From Paramoeba atlantica (Eukaryota; Protista; Discosea), in the NCBI GenBank assembly GCA_977017575.1, contig CDRNVI010000156.1, forward strand, positions 62,001 to 126,000: a DNA stretch of 64,000 bases. The letters run 5' to 3'. The notes below the pieces were generated by a model, which was not told the DNA's origin, ran no database searches, and was given only the letters and a program-made list of their open reading frames with translations. Of this stretch, positions 24,225-37,154 are shown in pieces. The translations under genes and the position numbers were made by a program. The first letter of the stretch is position 1. The number at the start of each line of letters is the position of its first letter.

Positions 24225-27200
24225 TTTCTTCTTGTCTGTTGGTTCTGTTGGTAAATAAAAATGGGGACGTCCATTTGAACAAGGATTCTTCAAAATCCCC
24301 AACTTCTGACAAGAAGAACAAAAGTATTGTTGACAACCTAAACATGCAGCTCGATCTAAAGAATCTGCCTCAACGCAACATCGAGAACATTTTTCGATGG
24401 TCACTCCGATCTGATCATCTTGCACCGGAGAAACTGAAGAAGATTTTTTGTGGATCAGAGAACCTGATTTCTTCTTCTTCCTCTTTTCTGTTAAAAAAAT
24501 ATGAGTGGGAGAGAGTGGGTGGGAATCTTAAAAAAAAAAATGACCGACTGTTGTATTCTTGTCTGTTGGTTCTGTTGGTTCTGTTGGTTCTGTTGGTAAA
24601 TAATGATGGGCTCGTCCATTTGAACAAGGATTCTTCAAAACCCCCAACTTCTGACAAAAAAAACAAAAAGAATGTTGACAAACTGAACAGATTGCTCGAC
24701 TGAAAGAGTTTGTCTCAACGCAACATCGTGAACATTGTACCTTACATTCGAGGGTCACTTCCTTCTGACCTCCCTCCACTAAACAAGCATTGCGTACCAG
24801 AGAAGATTTCCTATTCTTCCTCTTATCTAAAAAAATAAATAAATATGAGTGGGAGAGAGTGGGTGGGAATCAATAAAAAAAAATGACCTGCTGGACTCCT
24901 TTTCTGTGTGAGGCGTTTTGGAGCGAAAATATCAGGATTCTCTTCCCCCAGTGGTAAAAGGGGGATATCAATGTACTCTTGTTTTACTGGAGTTCCTTCA
25001 ATGGAGGGATTCTTCCCATCCTCTCTCTGAGGTGTAGGAGGAGTTTTGGGAGCGAAAGGAGAGGCAAAGAATTGTGGAGAGTTATCAGGAAGGGTGTGAG
25101 AAGCGAGATTGGGGGTGTTTTTAAGTGAAGGGGTACGGGGGTACAAATCCAAAGATTTTTGATAACATGCATCCTATTCCATTTTCAATTCAGAAAAAAT
25201 CAATCTTTATGTGGGAAACAAAACAGGTCATCAGCATCACAAGGGGTGGATCAAAAAAAAAAGAGACCTCAGAGACAGAACGATCTTTCAACAATTGAAG
25301 TAGAACAGTTTTGTCAATTGTTAGTTTGAATTCATATTCGTAAGATTGGTATTTGAGGAATGATCTGATCGAAGATCCAATCTCCTATTCATCATACTCA
25401 TCAGAATAACTCTTTGAAAATAATAAAAATTGAAAAAAAAAAGAAGACCATCAGGTGTGACAAATTGATCTCACCAGTTTTTAATGTTGTTTGGTTTCCA
25501 TCATACAAATATCGAAGTTCCCGTAACTATTCACCCACAATTTAATATCATATTTAAGAATGATTTCTTTCAAAGATCAGATCCCCTCCCCCTCCCAAAA
25601 AAAACAAACCTTTGGACTCAACCAAGGAAGTAAAGGAGGTTCAGCAACACTCAGTGCATTTCGATATTCTTTGAAATTTCCTTCTGGTGACATCAGTTGG
25701 TCCAAGGTTTCAAACATTCTTTTGTGCTTTTTGAAAAAAAAAATATCAATTTTTTGATTTAGAAGGGACTCATTAAATCAGAAAAAGAAAAATAAACGCT
25801 GGAGCTGAGGTCAACCCACAATGGTTTTAATCGTCGAATAGGTGCTTGATTCAAACCACTCATAACTGCTGTTGCCCCTTCAAAATTGTTCATCTGTGGT
25901 TTAATAAAATAGAAACTATAAATTGTTTGTCGTTTTTCAGATTTAGTTTTTGTTTGGAGAGAGACAAAAAAAAGGGACCTTCCAAAGTTGTTTTGCTAAT
26001 TTGATGAGATAAACCAACATTGGACGACGTGCTGCCTCTTCACATGAAAGAATCGATTCAACAATGATTTCAGAGATTCGATTGAAGTTGTGTGTCATTG
26101 TCATCACATTTGGAGCTTTTTGATATTTTTCTCCTTTCTGGGTGAGTAAAAAAACAAAAAAAAACATCAATCAATATTTGAAAAACTAAAATGAAATGAA
26201 TCAATTAACCTCCCAAGCTCCATCATAAAACTCTGAAAATTGAAGATTTTGATAAGATTGAAACATAATTGATGTCAATGATTGTGCAAGTTCACGAAAA
26301 GTCCCATACATCATCAAATTTGTTCCTTTCCATGCCTATTTTTTGAACTGAGTTTCAAAAAAGAAGTTTCAAAAATCAAAATGAAAAAAAGAAACCAAAA
26401 TTTGTGAAAAAGAAACTTCCAAAGTGTTTAATAATGTTTTCATTCGACTATTGTTCTCATCAATTTAGGGGGTTATTGATGAGGGAAATAAGAGTAAAAG
26501 GGTAAAAAGAAAGATAAACCTTGCAACAGAAGGAAAGAATGATTGATAATATTTTCCACAGATCTTGTTCCAGAGTTGTAAAACTCTCACAATTTCTCCT
26601 TTTTTTGTCGTATCTTCTTCTTCTTCAATCATTTGTTCCATCTTTTCTAACAATTGAATCTGTGTGTGTGTGGGGAGGAGGAGGAGGAGGGGGAGATAAT
26701 AAATTGGTTGTGAGTCAAATTTGCGAAAATTGAAAAAGAAAAGTGAAAAACAGAAAAAAAATTAACTGGATCAATTTCAAATTTCTCAAAACCAACAAAA
26801 AAGAAATCTTTTTCTTCGGGAGACATCTGGAGTAAACATTCAACGATCTTTCCATACTCATCCTTTTCAAAAAGATGATCTGTACTACAAAACGAATTCT
26901 TCTTTGGGTGATGTATCACGTCACTAATCGTTTTTGATATTGGTGTTAAACCAAAAGAACGAAGAGAAGGACTTTCAGTTGGACTTTTGTAAAATCGGGG
27001 GATTGGAGATCGACAGAGTGCCTTTTGGCTTTCTCCTCCTGTTGTCTCTCCCATTGTTGACCACAATGGGCTCTTCTTTCTTGTTACGGGTTGAGTTTGT
27101 GAGAAAGAAACACTTGCAAAAAAAGTACGAGGAGAAGAGGGTGAGGGTGATGAGTCAGAAGAGGTCGAAGGCGACCGAACAGTAGTGGTGGATGATCGAG

Positions 27201-27531
27201 AAAGACCGGATGAAGAAGGAAGAGGGTTCAAGATAGGTGTTCCTTTTGTGGGTGGAATTGGGGAGGTAAGGGAAGGATGCAAAGGGCGTGGAGAAGATTT
27301 AGTTTGAGTAGTTGGTAGAGGGTTCCGGGGAGCTGGTTCGTGAGGGCTTTGGGATGGAGAATCATACCCGAGGAGTGGTGGGCATGATCCGTGGTTGAGA
27401 ATTGGCTCGTAATTTGAGAAAGATTCGCTCCTTCTGCTCCTTCTGCTCCCTGTCCTGCTCTGAGTCTTGCTGTTGCTGTTCTTGCGATTTAAAAGGAAAA
27501 CCCTTGGCCCAGGACTTTGTGTTGACTCCAT
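24222..27531 (-). CDS. RasGEF with 2 C-terminal Cys7-His repeats, array copy 2
   Basis: Starts MESTQSPGPRVF with the same exon set as copy 1. The two repeats lie in separate exons (ORFs 24528-24779 and 24222-24425) separated by a duplicated intron. Confidence 0.82.
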
Positions 27532-27944
27532 CGATCGTGGGGGTGGTGGGGAGGCGGGGTGAACTGAAAAGTGAACGAATGACTTTTTCTCTGAGAAGCC
27601 AAAAATAAATAAAAAAACTCCTTCCAAAAATAGTCAAAATAATCCCAAATTGCCCAAATAAGAGAAAACGAGAAATCCAAATAAAGAAATGTTTTTTTCG
27701 GGGTTGTTTTTGTTTCATTTTCGTTTTTTTGTTCGTCCGCTTTTTTTTTTCTTTTTTTTTTGATCTCGAATAATATCTTTTGAATTTTGTTCAATTGGGG
27801 CACTCTTTGAAATGGATGCGCACAGTTTGAAGTTGGTTGAGGGGCGCACTCAGAGACTCGACACCCTAGAGCGAGGAGTTGTGGGATATCAAATGAAGGG
27901 AAGAGAGATGAGGGGGGAGTTGGAGTTGGAGGTCTCTCTTCTCT

Positions 27945-30900
27945 CTATTTCTTCTTGTCTGTTGGTTCTGTTGGTAAATAATGATGGGCTCGCCCATTTG
28001 AACAAGGATTCTTCAAAACCCCCAACTTCTGACAAGAAGAACAAAAATATTGTTGACAACTTAAACACGCAGCTCGATTTAAAGAATCTGCCTCAACGCA
28101 ACATCGAGAACATGGCACTGAACATTTTTCGATGGCTTGTCTGTTGGTTGGTTCTGTTGGTTCTGTTGGTTCTGTTGGTTCTTCTGTTGGTAAATAATAA
28201 TGGGGACGTCCATTTGAACAAGGATTCTTCAAAATCCCCAACTTCTGACAAGAAGAACAAAAATATTGTTGACAACCTAAACACGCAGCTCGATTTAAAG
28301 AATCTGTCCCAACGCAACATCGAGAACATTGCAAAGCTGGTAAATAATAATGGGGACGTCCGTTTGAACAAGGATTCTTCAAAACCTCCAACTTCTGACA
28401 AGAAGAACAAAAATATTGTTGACAACCTAAACACGCAGCTCGATTTAAAGAATCTGCCTCAACGCAACATCGAGAACATGGCACTGAACATTTTTCGATA
28501 GTCACTCCGTTCTGCTCTCCTTGCACTGAAGAAACTGAAGAAGATTTTTTGCGGATCAGAGAACCTGATTTCCTATTCTTCCTCTTTTCTGTTAAAAAAA
28601 AATGTGAGTGGGAGAGAGTGGGTGGGAATCATAGAAAAAATGACCTGTACTCAGTCTTTTTAAGTCTTTTCTTGATGTTTTCTTTGTGAGGCGTTTTGGA
28701 GCGGAAATATCAGGATTCCCTTCCCCCAGTGGTAAAAGGGGGATATCAATGTACTCTTGTTTTACTGGAGTTCCTTCAATGGAGGGATTCTTCCCATCCT
28801 CTCCCACTTCTTTTTTTTTTTCTCTTTTCCCTTTCTCTTCATCCTCTCCCTGAGGTGTAGGAGGAGTTTTGGGAGCGAAAGGAGAGCCAGAGAATTGTGG
28901 AGAGTTATCAGGAAGGGTGTGAGAAGCGAGATTGGGGGTATTTTTAAGAGAAGTCCGGGAGTACAAATCCAAAGATTTTTGATAACATGCATCCTATCAT
29001 TTTCAATTCAGAAAAAAACAATCTTTATGTGGGAAACAAAACAGGTCATCAAAAAAAAAGAGACCTCAGAGACAGAATGATCTTTCAACAATTGAAGTAG
29101 AACAGTTTTCTCAGTTGTTAGTTTGAATTCATATTCGTAAGATTGGTATTTGAGGAACGATCGAATCGAAGATCCAATCTCCTATTCATCATACTCATCA
29201 GAATAACTCTTTGAAAATAATAAAAATTGAAAAAAAATAGAAAAAAAAAAGAAGACCATCAGGTGTGGTAAATTGATCTCACCAGTTTTTAATGTTGTTT
29301 GGTTTCCATCATACAAATATCGAAGTTCCCGTAACTATTCACCCACAATTTAATATCATATTTAAGAATGATTTCTTTCAAAGATCAGATCCCCTCCCCC
29401 CCCAAAAAAAAACAAACCTTTGGACTCAACCAAGGAAGTAAAGGAGGTTCAGCAACACTCAGTGCATTTCGATATTCTTTAAAATTTCCTTCTGGTGACA
29501 TCAGTTGGTTCAAGGTTTCAAATGTTCTTTTGTGCTTTTTGAAAAAAAAAATATCAATTTTTTGATTTAGAAGGGACTCATTAAATCAGAAAAAGGAAAA
29601 TAAACTCTGGAGCTGAGGTCAACCCACAATGGTTTTAATCGTCGAATAGATGTTTGATTCAAACCACTCATAACTGCTGTTGCCCCTTCAAAATTGTTCA
29701 TCTGTGGTTTAATAAAATAGAAACTATAAATTGGTTGTCTTTTTCAGATTTAGTTTTTTGTTTGAAGATAGACAAAAAAAAGGGACCTTCCGAAGTTGTT
29801 TTGCTAATTTGATGAGATAAACCAACATTGGACGACGTGCTGCCTCTTCACATGAAAGAATCGATTCAACAATGATTTCAGAGATTCGATTGAAGTTGTG
29901 TGTCATTGTCACCACATTTGGAGCTTTTTGATATTTTTCTCCTTTCTGGGTGAGTAAAAAAACAAAAAAACATTAATCATTATTTGAAAAATTTAAAAAA
30001 ATGACCACAATTTTTTGTAAAAAGGGGCAAGGGGAGGGGAAATCAATTAACCTCCCAAGCTCCATCATAAAACTCTGAAAATTGAAGATTTTGATAAGAT
30101 TGAAACATAATTGATGTCAATGATTGTGCAAGTTCACGAAAAGTCCCATACATCATCAAATTTGTTCCTTTCCATGCCTATTTTTTGAACTGAGTTTCAA
30201 AAAAGAAGTTTCAAAAACCAAAATGAAAAAAAGAAACCAAAATTTGTGAAAAAGAAACTTCCAAAGTGTTTAATAATGTTTTCATTCGACTATTGTTCTC
30301 ATCAATTTAGAAGGTGATTGATGAGGGAAATAAGAGTAAAAGGGTAAAAAGAAAGATAAACCTTGCAACAGAAGGAAAGAATGATTGATAATATTTTCCA
30401 CAGATCTTGTTCCAGAGTTGTAAAACTCTCACAATTTCTCCTTTTTTTGTCGTATCTTCTTCTTCTTCAATCATTTGTTCCATCTTTTCTAACAATTGAA
30501 TCTGTGTGTGTGTGGGGAGGAGGAGGAGGAGGGGGAGATAATAAATTGGTTGTGAGTCAAATTTGCGAAAATTGAAAAAGAAAAGTGAAAAACAGAAAAA
30601 AAATTAACTGGATCAATTTCAAATTTCTCAAAACCAACAAAAAAGAAATCTTTTTCTTCGGGAGACATCTGGAGTAAACATTCAACGATCTTTCCATACT
30701 CATCCTTTTCAAAAAGATGATCTGTACTACAAAACGAATTCTTCTTTGGGTGATGTATCACGTCACTAATCGTTTTTGATATTGGTGTTAAACCAAAAGA
30801 ACGAAGAGAAGGACTTTCAGTTGGACTTTTGTAAAATCGGGGGATTGGAGATCGACAGAGTGCCTTTTGGCTTTCTCCTCCTGTTGTCTCTCCTGTTGTT

Positions 30901-31349
30901 GATGACAATGGGCTCCTCTTTATCTTTGTGGATTGGGTTCGTGAGAGAGAAACTTTAGAAAAAAAAGTACGAGGAGAAGAGGGTGTGGGTGATGATTCAG
31001 AAGAGGGTAAAGGCGACCGAACAGTAGTGGTGGGTGATTGAGAGTGAGTGGATAAAGAAGGAAGAGGATTCAATAAGAGAGGTGTCCCTTTTTTAGTGGG
31101 AGGAATTGGAGAGGTAAGGGACGAAAGGCGTGGAGAAGATTTCGTTTGAGAAGATGGCAGAGGGTCCTGGGGATCTGGTTCCTTTCCGAGTGGTGGGCAT
31201 GATGATATGTGGTTGAGAATTGACTCGTAATCTGAGAAAGATTGACTCCTTCTGCTCCGAGTCCGAATGCCATTCCTGCTGCTATTCCTGCTGCTGTCCT
31301 TCCGTTTTAAAAGGAAGACCTTTGGCCCAGGACTTTTTCTCGACTCCAT
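27945..31349 (-). CDS. RasGEF with 3 C-terminal Cys7-His repeats, array copy 3
   Basis: ORF 30489-31349 (MESRKSPG...HLFEKDEYGKIVECLLQM), CDC25 exons, and terminal ORF 27945-28526 with three repeats. Confidence 0.83.
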
Positions 31350-32002
31350 CGATCGTGGGGTGGGCGGTGGGCGGTGGGTTGCGGTGGGCGGTGGGTGGTG
31401 TGAGAAACCTAAAAAGTGAACGAATGACTTTTTGGAACGAAAATAAAAAATAAAAACGGAGAAACGGAAAAATAAAAGACCGAAAAAATAAAAAGTGGCG
31501 GGGAAAAAAACCTCTCACAAAGAAAAGATCCAAAATTGCCCAAATTTGCGCTCGTTGCCCAAATAAGAGAAAACGACAAATCAAATAAAGAAATGTTTTT
31601 TTCGTTTTTTTTTTTTTCTCGAATAATTTCTTTTGAATTTTGTTCAATGGGTTCCTCTTTGAAATGGATTCGCACAGTTTGAAGTTGGTTGAGGGGCGCA
31701 CTCAGAGACTCGACACCCTAGAGCGAGGAATTGTGGGATATCAAATGAAGTGAAGAGAGACGAGTGGGGGAGTTGGAGGAGTTGGAGGAGTTGGAGGAGA
31801 GGTTGAGACTGCAATGCTGGGGAGAAACACTTGAAATGAATCAAGTTGTTATCTTTCACAAATACATTCTTGATATTTTTCGCTCTGATAAAACTGTAAA
31901 AGGGGTGACCTATTATTCTTGTCAAAAAACAGAAAGGAATAAAAAAAAACAAATGGATCACTCAAGAACCTCGGAGGCAACCGCACCACCAGAGGAGGTG
32001 AG

Positions 32003-32117
32003 ACCCCAATTGGGTCAATGCAACTTCATTCAATAAATCAAGCACTTTCTGAGTAATTGGAGTATTCCTGCTTGGTTTCTCTCTCTTCCTTATTTCCCTT
32101 TCTCTCTTCTCTCTCTA
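32003..32117 (+). pseudogene. Second copy of the kexin-like exon/intron fragment
   Basis: Same sequence as 24092-24224 with the same GAG TAA nonsense change. Confidence 0.85.
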
Positions 32118-35100
32118 TTTCTTCTTGTCTTCTGTTGGTTCTGTTGGGAGATAATGATGGGCTCGTCCGTTTGAACAAGGATTCTTCAAAACCCCCAACT
32201 TCTGACAAGAAGAACAAAAATATTGTTGACAACTTAAACACGCAACTCGATTTAAAGAATCTGCCTCAACGCAACATCGAGAACATTTTTCGATCACTCC
32301 CATCTGATCACCTGGCACCGAAGAAACTGAAGAAGATTTTTTGTGGATCAGAGAACTTGATTTCCTATTCTTCCTCTTTTCTGTTAAAAAAAAATATGAG
32401 TGGGAGAGAGTGGGTGGGAAACATAAAAAAAAATGACCTGTACTCAGTCTTTTTAAGTCTTTTCTTGATGTTTTCTTTGTGAGGCATTTTGGAGTGGAAA
32501 TATCAGGATTCCCTTCCCCCAGTGGTAAATGGGAGATATCAATGTACTCTTGTTTTACTGGAGTTCCTTCAATGGAGGGATTCTTCTCATCCTCTCCCGC
32601 TTCTTTTACTTCTTCTTTTTCTCTTTTCCCTTTCTCTTCATCCTCTCCCTGAGGTGTAGGAGGAGTTTTGGGAGCGAAAGGAGAGCCAGAGAATTGTGGA
32701 GAGTTATCAGGAAGGGTGTGAGAAGCGAGATTGGGGGTATTTTTAAGAGAAGTCCGGGGGTACAAATCCAAAGATTTTTGATAACATGCATCCTATTCCA
32801 TTTTCAATTCAGAAAAATCAATCTTTATGTGGGAAACAAAACAGGTCATCAGCATCACAAGGGGTGAATCAAAAAAAAAAGAGACCTCAGAGACAGAACG
32901 ATCTTTCAACAATTGAAGTAGAACAGTTTTGTCAATTGTTAGTTTGAATTCATATTCGTAAGATTGGTATTTGAGGAATGATCTGATCGAAGATCCAATC
33001 TCCTATTCATCATACTCATCAGAATAACTCTTTGAAAATAATAAAAATTGAAAAAAAATAGAAAAAAAAAAGAAGACCATCAGGTGTGGTAAATTGATCT
33101 CACCAGTTTTTAATGTTGTTTGGTTTCCATCATACAAATATCGAAGTTCCCGTAACTATTCACCCACAATTTAATATCATATTTAAGAATGATTTCTTTC
33201 AAAGATCAGATCCCCTCCCCCCCCAAAAAAAAACAAACCTTTGGACTCAACCAAGGAAGTAAAGGAGGTTCAGCAACACTCAGTGCATTTCGATATTCTT
33301 TAAAATTTCCTTCTGGTGACATCAGTTGGTTCAAGGTTTCAAATGTTCTTTTGTGCTTTTTGAAAAAAAATATTAATTTTTTGATTTAGAAGGGACTCAT
33401 TAAATCAGAAAAAGAAAAATAAACGCTGGAGCTGAGGTCAACCCACAATGGTTTTAATCGTCGAATAGATGTTTGATTCAAACCACTAACAACTGCTGTT
33501 GCCCCTTCAAAATTGTTCATCTGTGGTTTAATAAAATAGAAACTATAAATTATTTATCTTTTTTCAGGTTTGAAGATAGACAAAAAAAAGGGACCTTCCG
33601 AAGTTGTTTTGCTAATTTGATGAGATAAACCAACATTGGACGACGTGCTGCCTCTTCACATGAAAGAATCGATTCAACAACGATTTCAGAGATTCGATTG
33701 AAGTTGTGTGTCATTGTCACCACATTTGGAGCTTTTTGATATTTTTCTCCTTTCTGGGTGAGTAAGAAAACAAAAAAACATTAATCATTATTTGAAATAT
33801 TTTTGTAAAAAAGGGGCAAGGGGAGGGGAAATCAATTAACCTCCCAAGCTCCATCATAAAACTCTGAAAATTGAAGATTTTGATAAGATTGAAACATAAT
33901 TGATGTCAATGATTGTGCAAGTTCACGAAAAGTCCCATACATCATCAAATTTGTTCCTTTCCATGCCTATTTTTTGAACTGAGTTTCAAAAAAGAAGTTT
34001 CAAAAACCAAAATGAAAAAAAGAAACCAAAATTTGTGAAAAAGAAACTTCCAAAGTGTTTAATAATGTTTTCATTCGACTATTGTTCTCATCAATTTAGA
34101 AGGTGATTGATGAGGGAAATAAGAGTAAAAGGGTAAAAAGAAAGATAAACCTTGCAACAGAAGGAAAGAATGATTGATAATATTTTCCACAGATCTTGTT
34201 CCAGAGTTGTAAAACTCTCACAATTTCTCCTTTTTTTGTCGTATCTTCTTCTTCTTCAATCATTTGTTCCATCTTTTCTAACAATTGAATCTGTGTGTGT
34301 GTGGGGAGGAGGAGGAGGAGGGGGAGACAATGAGTAAAATTTGCGAAAATCGAAAAAGAAAAGTGAAAAACAGAAAAAAACTAACTGGATCAATTTCAAA
34401 TTTCTCAAAACCAACAAAAAAGAAATCTTCTTCTTCAGGAGGCATCTGGAGTAAACATTCGACGATCTTTCCATACTCACCTTTTTCAAAAAGATGATCT
34501 TCACTACAAAAGGAATTCTTCTTTGGGCGATGTACCGCTTCACTAACCGTTTTAGATCTTGGTGTTAAACCAAAAGGACGAAGAGAAGGACCTTCAGTTG
34601 GACTTTTGCTAAATCGGGGGGTTATTGGGAGAGATTGACGGAGCGCCTTTTGGCTTTCTCTTCTTGTTGTCTCTCCCGTTGTTGATGACAATGGGCTCCT
34701 CTTATTCCTTGAGGATTGGGTTTGTGAGAAAGAAACATTTGAAAAAAAAGAACGAGGAGATAAGGGTATGGGTGATTCAGAAGAGGGTAAAGGCGACTGA
34801 GTCGTAGTGGTGGGTGATTGAGAGTGAGAGGATGAAGAAGGAAGAGGATTCAATAAGAGAGGTGCTACTTTTTTAGTGGGAGGAATTGGAGAGATAAGGG
34901 ACGAAAGGCGTGGAGAAGATTTCGTTTGAGAAGATGGCAGAGGGTCCTGGGGAGCTGGTTTGCGAGGGCTTTTGGATGGAGAGTCAGTCCCGAGTGGTGG
35001 GCATGATATGTGGTTGAGAATTGATTCGTAATCTGAGAAAGATTGGCTTCTTCTGCTCCGAGTCCGAGTGCTATTCCTGCTGCGATTCCTGTTGCTGTCC

Positions 35101-35150
35101 TTCCGTTTTAAAAGGAAGACCTTTGGCCCAGGACTTTTTCTCGACTCCAT
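32115..35150 (-). CDS. RasGEF with 1 C-terminal Cys7-His repeat, array copy 4
   Basis: ORF 34278-35150, CDC25 exons, and terminal ORF 32115-32771 with a single repeat ending PTEPTEDKKK*. Confidence 0.83.
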
Positions 35151-35559
35151 CGATCGTGGGATGGGGCGGTGGGTGGCGGTGGGCGGTGGGCGGTGGGTGG
35201 TGTGGGAAACCTAAAAAGTGAACGAATGACTTTTTTGGAACAAAAATAAAACAAAAATAAAAAATAGGGCAAACGGAAAAAAGTTGTCCGAAAAATAAAA
35301 ATGGAGAAACGAAAAAACAAAACAGGAAAAAACGACTTCTCAGAATCCAAAACTATCCCAAAATTGCCCAAATATGAGAAAAAGACTAACCCAAATAAAG
35401 AGATGTTTTTTCGGGGTTGTTTTTGTTTCGTTTTCGTTTTTTTGTTCGTGCGTTTTTTGAAAGGTTATTGAAAGGTTGATTGAAACAGTTTCTCTTCTTT
35501 CTCTCGCCACAGAAGAGAGTCAGCGCCCAGCCAAAAGAGAAGAAGAAGAAAGAAGAAGA

Positions 35560-37123
35560 ATGTTTTTATTGTTTGTCTTATTATTATTGAGCGGGTTTGA
35601 GAGTGAAAAGAAAAATGGGTCTGTTTTTGTTTTGGGGGATATTTTGAATGATCCTTTGTATTTGCGTCAGTGGCATTTTTTTTATTCCAATACTTTTGGC
35701 ATTAATGCTCAGGTTTTTTTTTATATTTTTATTTCTATTTTATTTATTCATTTATTCATTTTATTATTTTTATTTTTTTCTCTTTCTCTCAGTTCTAAAA
35801 TCAAAAACAAAAACAAGGGAGCTTGGCAATTAGGAATGACAGGACATGGGGTTTCGGTGGGTGTTGTTGTTCCTCAAGTTTCTTCTCTTAATTTTGGTTT
35901 CTTTTTTTTTTTTTAATTTTAATTTTATTTTTATTTTTCCTTGTGATTTTATTCCATTTGATTTTAAAACGATCTGATTTTTTTTTTTTTCGCCCCCTCT
36001 TTCTTTTTGTCTCTCTCCTCTCTCTCTCTTTTCTTCCTCTCTTCCCTCCTTTCTCTCTCTTCTCTTTCTTCTCTCTCTCCTCTCCTCTCTCTCTCTTCTC
36101 TCTCTTCTCTCCTTCAGATTTATCACATTATGAGCACGAAAGTTCTTTTGTCAGTCCATCGCAAGAAGGAGATCGCGAGTTTGCAGAGGAAGGAACTGGA
36201 AGTTCTTCTTTTCTTTTCCCTTTTCTTTTTCTCTCTCCTTTCTCTTTTGTGAGATAAAGAGAACTTCTTTTTATCTTTTTTTCTCTCTTCTCACAACAAA
36301 AAAAATAGTGGCGGCAGTGATTGCAGCAAAGGCTGGAAACCATTTTTGTAGTGTCGGAATTGCCTACCAAGGTCGCCTTTTCTCTTTTCTCTCTCTCTCA
36401 CTCTTTTCTCTCTCTCTCCCTTTCTCTCATTTTTTTCTCTCATTTTTTTCTCTCTTTCACTTTCTCTTTTCTCTCTTTGTCGCTTTCTTCAAAATCTGAG
36501 ATTATTTTTTATTTTTTAGCTAATTTAATTTTGAGAGAACTTGAGTTCTATAATGCTGTTGATTATAGTGGTTTGCATTTGTTTCTTCTCTTTCTTCTCT
36601 TTCTTCTCTCTTCTCTCTTCTCTTTTCTCTCTCCTATTTTTCTCTTCTTCTCTCCTTCCTTTCTCTTTCCTTCTACCATTTTTAATATTTTTTTGATAGA
36701 CGCGATCCCTGATGCTCTTGCTTTTTATCAGGTCCTCTTTCTCTCTCTCTCTCCTCTCTTTCCTTTCCCCCTTTTCTCTCCCTTTCTCTTTTCTCTTTTC
36801 TCTTTTCTCTCCTCTCTTTTCCTCTTTTCCTCTTTAACAAATAAAGCCATTTTATAGAAAGTCGATGTCAATTTTATTGGTTTATCTGTTCCTCCTATTC
36901 TAGGAATTGCCCGTTATGACGTTTATTTTTATTTATTATTTTTTCTTTTGTTTTTTCTTTATAAATTCATTATTATTTATTATTTTATTATTATTTTATT
37001 ATTATTTTTCATTCATTTTTATGATTATTTTTCTTTTGTTGATTTTTCTTTTCAGAGACGATTAAGTGCAATTGTTAATTTGATTACGAGGCTCGGCAGA
37101 TCAGTTTTCTTTTCTTTTTCTTT

Positions 37124-37154
<31 letters not shown>

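Larger units (their letters stand above)
19875..35400 (-). repeat. Tandem array of four ~4 kb RasGEF-zinc-finger units with a shared spacer cassette (~23741-24221, ~27790-27944 truncated, ~31645-32114)
   Basis: Exons and introns are near-identical, including the GGGGAGGAGGAGGAGGAGGGGGA/(GT)n intron end. The spacer TTTGAAATGGATGCGCACAGTTTGAAGTTGGTTGAGGGGCGCACTCAGAGACTC recurs three times. Confidence 0.92.

Noticed and set aside
35830-36857. Many 60-180 aa ORFs rich in F/L/S or K/R/E across the window
   Set aside because: Products of T-rich, CT-rich or A-rich introns and microsatellites read in arbitrary frames; no coding signal.
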